Shown: in pieces, positions 14,785-20,106 of the stretch | How the letters are laid out: every line of letters begins with the position of its first letter | Position numbering within the stretch: position 1 is the first letter of the stretch | Assembly: GCA_030641315.1 (NCBI GenBank) | Contig: DAOWHR010000150.1 | Location: 1 to 20,106 of the forward strand | Direction: 5' to 3' | DNA length: 20,106 nucleotides | DNA from: Anaerohalosphaeraceae bacterium | GTDB taxonomy: Bacteria; Planctomycetota; Phycisphaerae; Sedimentisphaerales; Anaerohalosphaeraceae | The notes under the pieces: generated by a model | What the model was told of the DNA's origin: nothing | Seen by the model: only the letters and a program-made list of their open reading frames with translations | Databases searched by the model: none | Program-made: the position numbers and the translations under genes

Positions 14785-15483
14785 TTAGTTTCGCCCGCTG
14801 GTCCGCTCAGTAAGTTCCAGCATCGCCTGGCACTGAATATCCTTGCCGTAAAGTTTATCGGTATCGACAGCGTAAGTACTCAACGCAACGCTGTCTATCT
14901 CGCCGCGATGGTCTGCCCGCACCAATTCATTGAAGCAAAGCTTACGCATCATAACGTCATTCTTATCCGCCCCGCCGGTATCCTCAACAACACCAAGCAG
15001 AAAATCGACTTCAAGAAGTTCCATCCCTCCGGTCATATCACGGCCTCGCTTACGGTTTGAACCGCGTTTATAGTCCCCGTTACGTTTAAAATTCCGAGCA
15101 GTCTCAGTAGTACCCGCTTTTGTTGCAGCACTGTCATCATCGGTTGCCTTTGACTTTGTGATCGTATTGGTATCCATTTTAGTATCCTCGGTTTTTCTAA
15201 CATCATTTACATTTGCAGCATCCCGCCCATCCTCAACCGCAGCAGCCTTAGCAGGGTCCTGTAAAAAACTTAAAGCAGCCTTGGCAGCCGGTGTTTGTAT
15301 TTCATAAACATTAGGTTTCTGCGGCAGGGTGACTTTCGCCGCCCGAACTCCACCGCCCGAACCCGTCATAGGTCTGTCAAGAACAACGGTCCCGACTCCT
15401 GTGCCAACTCCGTTGCTAGGCTCGGTAACTTTTTTACCCTTTTTCCTGCCCACCTTTTTCCAATCTATATCCCACTTACTCAT
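14785..15483 (-). CDS. Hypothetical protein: basic, low-complexity N-terminal two-thirds plus a compact C-terminal domain of about 85 aa
   Basis: 232-aa ORF with an ATG start, and it is the only long ORF in this interval. The N-terminus reads MSKWDIDWKKVGRKKGKK, followed by G/T/A/K/D-rich sequence. The C-terminal part (ELLEVDFLLGVVEDTGG...LCFNELVRADHRGEIDSVALSTYAVDTDKLYG) looks globular. I recognise no family. Confidence 0.55.
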   Translation of the reverse strand: MSKWDIDWKKVGRKKGKKVTEPSNGVGTGVGTVVLDRPMTGSGGGVRAAKVTLPQKPNVYEIQTPAAKAALSFLQDPAKAAAVEDGRDAANVNDVRKTEDTKMDTNTITKSKATDDDSAATKAGTTETARNFKRNGDYKRGSNRKRGRDMTGGMELLEVDFLLGVVEDTGGADKNDVMMRKLCFNELVRADHRGEIDSVALSTYAVDTDKLYGKDIQCQAMLELTERTSGRN

Positions 15484-15842
15484 AAGGCAACATTCCAGAC
15501 TTCACTTCGTACCGTTTAGCCGGTAACCATATTACCACAATTATCCCCCAAGCCTCAACACCCATATATTAAGATCGGCACGATACGGGCACAAGCATAA
15601 ATTTTAACCGAAGCCCGCATTCGACGCCATCGACAATGCATGAACATCTTTATCATATTACCCTGACGGCACTTATGGCTTTGATCACGCAGTATCGATG
15701 AGGATTCTAATTTTGACCGTTAAATAATTTTTTATAACATAAATTTTACAAACCTCTCACATGCCGCCAATGAAGACAATGTACACTGATTGTGTCGACA
15801 TTGATCTTCAACTTGATTCAGGAAAAGTCCGCTTATGTATCT

Positions 15843-17462
15843 CTAATATTCCAGTTCGACAAGAAAGCTGTCCGTATCAATCGGATCGGGACCGTGCATA
15901 TACTGTCGTTCCGACGAATAACCCAACCTGCTGTAAAGATAGTTATGCGAACCCGGATATTTGGTTTTGACCATAAAAGTAAATATCCGCTTTCGCATCA
16001 TATCAGCGGTCTGCGCATAAGCCGGATCGTTGATAAGATTCTTCATCTCATGCGGATCCTTTGCGAGATCGTATAGTTCATCCTTATTGCTGCACGTATA
16101 GCCGTACTTGATCTCGCCGTGCCTGCATGTTATCATATTCGTCGACATGTGCCCCAGCCCGAAAAACTCCACGAAAACGCTGTCGCGCCATTTCGTCTCC
16201 CTGCCCTCGACAAGACCGACAAGGCTCCTGCCGTGGATCTTGCCGCTGTCATATTTACCGCCCGCGTAATCGAGCACCGTCGGATAAATATCCAGCGTCG
16301 ACACCAGCTTATCGACTTTACTGCCGCGTTTGCCCCCCTGTCTGCCCTGCCTTGGATCCATAACGATCATACCTACATGCTGTATTTCCTCAAAATGACT
16401 CCATCCCTTATCGGTCATACCCGCATGACTGCCAAGTGTCTCACCATGATCGCTTGAAAAAATAATTATCGTATTATCAGCGATCCCCTTCTTTTCGAGA
16501 TGTTCAAGCACCCTGCCGATCTGCTCGTCGATCAGAGTCGCGAACGCGTAGTAATGCCGGATCGATTCTGCCCAGTCCTCCCATTGCAGCACATCATGAT
16601 TCGGATGCCGTTTTACCTGGTCAGGCCCATACGGATTCTCAGGCTTCCAGCGATAGCTTTCCCACTCGGGTATCTCGACATCTTTGTACATATCGTAATA
16701 TTTCTCAGGCACGAAATAAGGCTCATGCGGCCCCCAGTTATTGTGCCAGATAAAGAAAGGCTCACCGCTCTTATCGAATTGATCGATCAGCGACATCGTA
16801 TTTCCCGCAAGATAATACGGAACGGATGACTCAACCACATCTTCAAGCACACCGTAATTACGTATCTTCACCCCGTCCTTAGCATGGGGCCTAACCTTAT
16901 GTTTATACCCATGCTTCTTCAAATAGGCTTTATACTCAGGATACCCGAAGCCGCCGCCGCCGTGACCACCGAAATCAATACCTGTAAAGCCGACTGTTGA
17001 TGGCAGCGACGTCCTGTTCCCAAGATGCCATTTGCCGGTATACCCGCACCGATAGCCGACAGCCTGCAATTTCCTCGGAAGCAGATCGGGCGAATCAGGC
17101 AGTTCATTAACATTGCACCCGAACTCGTAAGTGTTCGCGCCCATCTTGTGAGCGTGGATGTGCTGACCGGTTATCAAAGACGCCCGCGCCGGACTGCAAA
17201 GAGGACACGACGTATAAGCGTTCTTAAACAAAACTCCGTCAGCGGCAAGTTTATCAAGCACCGGCGTTTTGCATACCGTCTTACCGTACGCACCGATAGC
17301 AGAAAGCCTCTGCTGATCCGTAAGGAAAAGAATAATATTAGGACGCTTACCGTTCGATGCCTTCTCCGCCGCCTCGACAACGCTCGAAGTTGTCACTGCC
17401 GCGGCAGAAACACCAACCATCTTCAAAAAATCACGTCTGCTGGTTAAGCTAGAATATTTCAT
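15843..17462 (-). CDS. Cys-type sulfatase with Tat leader
   Basis: 539 aa, with an ATG start and AGGAA 5 nt upstream. The leader is SRRDFLKMVGVSAAAV. It carries PNIILFLTDQQ, the C-x-P-x-R motif CSPARASLITGQ, GKWHLG and FSSDHGE. Confidence 0.93.
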   Translation of the reverse strand: MKYSSLTSRRDFLKMVGVSAAAVTTSSVVEAAEKASNGKRPNIILFLTDQQRLSAIGAYGKTVCKTPVLDKLAADGVLFKNAYTSCPLCSPARASLITGQHIHAHKMGANTYEFGCNVNELPDSPDLLPRKLQAVGYRCGYTGKWHLGNRTSLPSTVGFTGIDFGGHGGGGFGYPEYKAYLKKHGYKHKVRPHAKDGVKIRNYGVLEDVVESSVPYYLAGNTMSLIDQFDKSGEPFFIWHNNWGPHEPYFVPEKYYDMYKDVEIPEWESYRWKPENPYGPDQVKRHPNHDVLQWEDWAESIRHYYAFATLIDEQIGRVLEHLEKKGIADNTIIIFSSDHGETLGSHAGMTDKGWSHFEEIQHVGMIVMDPRQGRQGGKRGSKVDKLVSTLDIYPTVLDYAGGKYDSGKIHGRSLVGLVEGRETKWRDSVFVEFFGLGHMSTNMITCRHGEIKYGYTCSNKDELYDLAKDPHEMKNLINDPAYAQTADMMRKRIFTFMVKTKYPGSHNYLYSRLGYSSERQYMHGPDPIDTDSFLVELEY

Positions 17463-17482
17463 ACCGGTTCCTGTTTAATTTT

Positions 17483-18319
17483 TTACAGTTTTAGTTTTTT
17501 AAGTCCTGACAATGGCCTTATCCAGATGTTTCGAAAACGCACAGGACAACTATGCCCCTGTATCATCAGCGGCATTTCAGCATTATGCGTCTTATAACCT
17601 GGAACGTTCATGTGTCCTGTAGCTCCATGAACAACCGAATTGAGATGCACCAATACACCGTTGTGGAGCATTGTGATGGTTGCTGGCTTACTGACTTTAC
17701 CTTCCTTGAATGTCGGTGCTGTAAAAACAATATCATAGCTCTGCCACTGCCCGGCTTTACGACAGACATTAACAAGCGGAGGCGTCTCACCATAAATTGC
17801 CGCACACTGGCCATCAGGATAAAATTGTTGTTTATGATCAGGATGGGAATCGAATATCTGTACTTCGTAATGTCCCATCAGAAAAACACCACTGTTGCCC
17901 CGATTGAATAACGGCCCCTTATACTCTTGGGGAATGCAAAATTCCACATGAAGCTGACAGTCACCAAAAAACTGTTTTGATACCAGGTTACCGCTTCCAG
18001 CCGTTACGTATCCATTCTCCACTTTCCATTGCGATTGTTCCCACTGAGACAAATCTTTGCCGTCAAAAAGCAAGATCGCATCGGATGGCCTTCCTGAGGT
18101 TTTTGTTTCGGGAGGCACATAAACATGCACCGGCACAGGCCGAGTAGGATCATGCTTGCGATAGCTGCACCATGGAAGCTTGGCAATGTCACTATACCCG
18201 ACAACACCGTCACTGGTCTCAAGCAACTTAGCTGCACCAAGTGGAAAGACAACTCCCAATGAAATACAAATGACAGTGAACAATCGTCCCTTCACGGAAT
18301 GTTTAATGCACTTAACCAT
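17483..18319 (-). CDS. DUF1080 (3-keto-disaccharide hydrolase-like) domain protein, secreted
   Basis: ORF 17483-18358 opens with TTG; the ATG at 18319 is preferred (AAGG upstream). The leader is MVKCIKHSVKGRLFTVICISLGVVFPLGAA. It carries ILLFDGKDLSQWE, WKVENGYV, GNSGVFLMGHYEVQIFDS, AAIYG, GQWQSYDIVF, ML.NGVLVH, and VRFRNIWIRPL at the C-terminus. Confidence 0.85.
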   Translation of the reverse strand: MVKCIKHSVKGRLFTVICISLGVVFPLGAAKLLETSDGVVGYSDIAKLPWCSYRKHDPTRPVPVHVYVPPETKTSGRPSDAILLFDGKDLSQWEQSQWKVENGYVTAGSGNLVSKQFFGDCQLHVEFCIPQEYKGPLFNRGNSGVFLMGHYEVQIFDSHPDHKQQFYPDGQCAAIYGETPPLVNVCRKAGQWQSYDIVFTAPTFKEGKVSKPATITMLHNGVLVHLNSVVHGATGHMNVPGYKTHNAEMPLMIQGHSCPVRFRNIWIRPLSGLKKLKL

Positions 18320-18396
18320 AATATGGCCTTTCGTGAAACGGGGGCTTCTGAATAACAAAACGACACTTTATTTGCTCTTTGATCTGTTAACCGTTG

Positions 18397-19596
18397 TCAA
18401 ACCTTCAGTCCCGTAGTGTCGAATTCCAGTTTTTTGTTTTCCTTGATAATCTGATCCCAGGTCAACACTTCGTTGCGAACACCAGCTTCTCTGCCCAGAA
18501 TTGTTGCCAGCGTACTGTCTACGCCCCTTTGCAGGGTATCGTTTTCGTAGTTGCCGCCCCTGAGGGCCTTTTCAAATTTGGAGAGGTTCCGGTCGATTCC
18601 GGCTGCGTAAAGGCTCCCAACTTCACCTCCTCTGTAGCCGCCCAGGTTACCATTTACCCAGGCTTTGCCTTGATAGCCGATCTCTGCATATCCCTTCGCC
18701 CCCCACGCCATGCACCGACAGGTAAAGTCATACTTGTTACGCAAATGCTCGCCGCGGTGGTTATGGATGATACCGTTTTCATACTGATATGTGATAGAAT
18801 AAACATCCCGCGTGTTGCCGTGATGGTCGCCATTGACCTGCCTAGACGAACCCATCGCACTGACAGGTCGATTGCCGGCTATCCATAAACCCGCGTCTAC
18901 AGCGTGAATGCCCGCATTAACCAGCATGCCCCCGCCAAGTTCTATGTCATTTACCCAGATCAGATGCCGCAGCCTGCTCTCGATGTTAGCGGTCTTAGGC
19001 GGATCGCTAAAGGCATTGTCACAATAGATGCTGCTGAGCATTCCGATCTTACCTAATAGTCCCTCGTGACAGCGTTTGACCGTTTCGATATTGAATTCAT
19101 CTGTTGGTAGTTGAAAATCTATTAGAAAGACCTGCCCGTTTTTGGTGGCCTTTTTGCCGGATTCCAGAATAGACAAACATCCCGGCACATCGCACGCAAC
19201 AGGCTTTGCAAAATAAGTATGACAGCCCGCATCGACGCTGGCAGCGACATGCTCAGGAAAAAAACAGGGGGGCGTCTCTAAGAACATCACATCGACCTTG
19301 CTGTCGATAACTTTCTTATAGCCGCTCAGCCCCGAGAAGCATCGATCCTTTGCGACATTATATTTTTCGCCTGCTGGCCCAACCACATGATCGAAATAAT
19401 CGGCCACCGAAACGATTTTGTAGCCCTTATGGTTATTGGCCATCATCCCGGCGATCAAACTGCCGCGTCCGCCAAAACCCACAAAACCAACCTCAATCCT
19501 GCTGTTAGCCTCAAAACCCTTCGCGGTCGAGGGCTTCATGATCGAAACACCCGCCGCTGCCGCCGCGGAACCTGCCAAAAACTGCCTGCGATTCAT
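18397..19596 (-). CDS. Gfo/Idh/MocA-family oxidoreductase with Tat leader
   Basis: ORF 18397-19635 opens with GTG; the ATG at 19596 is preferred. The leader is MNRRQFLAGSAAAAAGVSIMKPSTA. The Rossmann motif is IEVGFVGFGGRGS, followed by VDVMFLETPPCFH-like and EKP-like (YFAKPVA) segments typical of the family. Confidence 0.88.
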   Translation of the reverse strand: MNRRQFLAGSAAAAAGVSIMKPSTAKGFEANSRIEVGFVGFGGRGSLIAGMMANNHKGYKIVSVADYFDHVVGPAGEKYNVAKDRCFSGLSGYKKVIDSKVDVMFLETPPCFFPEHVAASVDAGCHTYFAKPVACDVPGCLSILESGKKATKNGQVFLIDFQLPTDEFNIETVKRCHEGLLGKIGMLSSIYCDNAFSDPPKTANIESRLRHLIWVNDIELGGGMLVNAGIHAVDAGLWIAGNRPVSAMGSSRQVNGDHHGNTRDVYSITYQYENGIIHNHRGEHLRNKYDFTCRCMAWGAKGYAEIGYQGKAWVNGNLGGYRGGEVGSLYAAGIDRNLSKFEKALRGGNYENDTLQRGVDSTLATILGREAGVRNEVLTWDQIIKENKKLEFDTTGLKV

Positions 19597-19667
19597 GTGG
19601 CCTTTTCTTCCGCCTGTTTCGTCATTAACTATCACCGAAAGATCTCCCGTTAAACGTTAATTTCACA

Positions 19668-19838
19668 TCAAAAAGACAGTACTAAATGCCAAATGTACAT
19701 ATATGATAAAGCCTCATTATCCTCCCATACGCGTTTGAATAATTCTTCGTCTCCGTTGATCGCGGGCAGTTCTTTGCGAACTTCATCCCAGGATAAGCAG
19801 ATGCCCGGCACTGATTTATTTTGTTTATTCTCAGTCAT
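19668..19838 (-). CDS. Small hypothetical protein (56 aa)
   Basis: ATG at 19838, with AAGGA 6 nt upstream overlapping the stop codon of the upstream gene, which suggests translational coupling. No family recognised, and it could be spurious. Confidence 0.3.
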   Translation of the reverse strand: MTENKQNKSVPGICLSWDEVRKELPAINGDEELFKRVWEDNEALSYMYIWHLVLSF

Positions 19839-19848
19839 TATATCGTCC

Positions 19849-20106
19849 TTAATATACACCGTACTCACGAGTAAATTCGGTCATCACCTTGACATTTTCG
19901 ATAGAAGCATCGTTCTGCATTATGGCCGAGGCATCCATTATATAACCGCCGTCAACAGCGACTTCATCGATCACTTTCTTACAGAACTGACGAACTTTAT
20001 CAGGTGACTCATACGCCAGAAGGTAATTCGGTATCCCCCCGCTGATACAGAATTTGTGACCGATCTTTTTGTGCACCTCGAAAACATCGTCCTGGTCGAC
20101 ATGAAA
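19849..20106 (-). CDS. Uroporphyrinogen decarboxylase (URO-D)-family protein, C-terminal part; the gene continues beyond the window
   Basis: The reading frame is open to the window edge (FHVDQDDVFEVHKKIGHKFCISGGIPNYLL...). The C-terminus PDKVRQFCKKVIDEVAVDGGYIMDASAIMQNDASIENVKVMTEFTREYG fits the URO-D/MtaA-like C-terminal pattern (GG(Y/F)I...G..I..D.P.EN(V/I).A(M/F)). Confidence 0.55.
   Translation of the reverse strand, partial: FHVDQDDVFEVHKKIGHKFCISGGIPNYLLAYESPDKVRQFCKKVIDEVAVDGGYIMDASAIMQNDASIENVKVMTEFTREYGVY

Noticed and set aside
217-18358. The DUF1080-plus-sulfatase pairs on both sides (217-2585 and 15843-18358) as direct-repeat boundaries of a genomic island
   Set aside because: Gene order differs within the two pairs and the proteins are strongly diverged paralogs. 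No DNA-level repeat is visible. They look like ordinary members of large paralog families.
1-20106. Search for CRISPR arrays, tRNA/rRNA genes, integrases, transposases, toxin-antitoxin or defence-system genes
   Set aside because: I recognised none: no spaced direct repeats, no cloverleaf-like segments in the intergenic regions, and no ORF with recombinase or nuclease motifs.

Overview
About 20 kb of bacterial chromosome. The bacterial origin is supported by a Ser/Lys-type signal peptidase I, an HU/IHF protein, a CspA-type protein, Tat/Sec leaders and GGAG-type ribosome binding sites (RBS). The gene content fits a sulfated-glycan degrader of the PVC type (Phycisphaerae-, Lentisphaerota- or Kiritimatiellota-like). 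That placement is an inference from three Cys-type sulfatases (one frameshifted), two DUF1080 proteins and a Tat-exported Gfo/Idh/MocA oxidoreductase. Housekeeping genes are two tandem lepB paralogs, an HU/IHF gene and a cold-shock gene. The standout is the CDS at 8538-10208. It encodes a secreted 556-aa protein whose sequence matches, motif by motif and in the correct order, the ectodomain of eukaryotic HAP2/GCS1 gamete fusogens (the fusexin, or class II fusogen, family). To my knowledge fusexins are described only in eukaryotes, viruses and archaea (Fsx1), not in bacteria. This copy lacks a C-terminal transmembrane anchor and appears to have an almost deleted fusion-loop segment. It ends in a dockerin-like tail that is also present on the divergently transcribed neighbour, a 1314-aa protein with three modules of GLUG repeats and PASTA-like segments. 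I recognised no tRNA, rRNA, CRISPR array, integrase or transposase. All homology statements rest on motif recognition by eye and on family sequences recalled from memory; they need HMM and structure searches to confirm.
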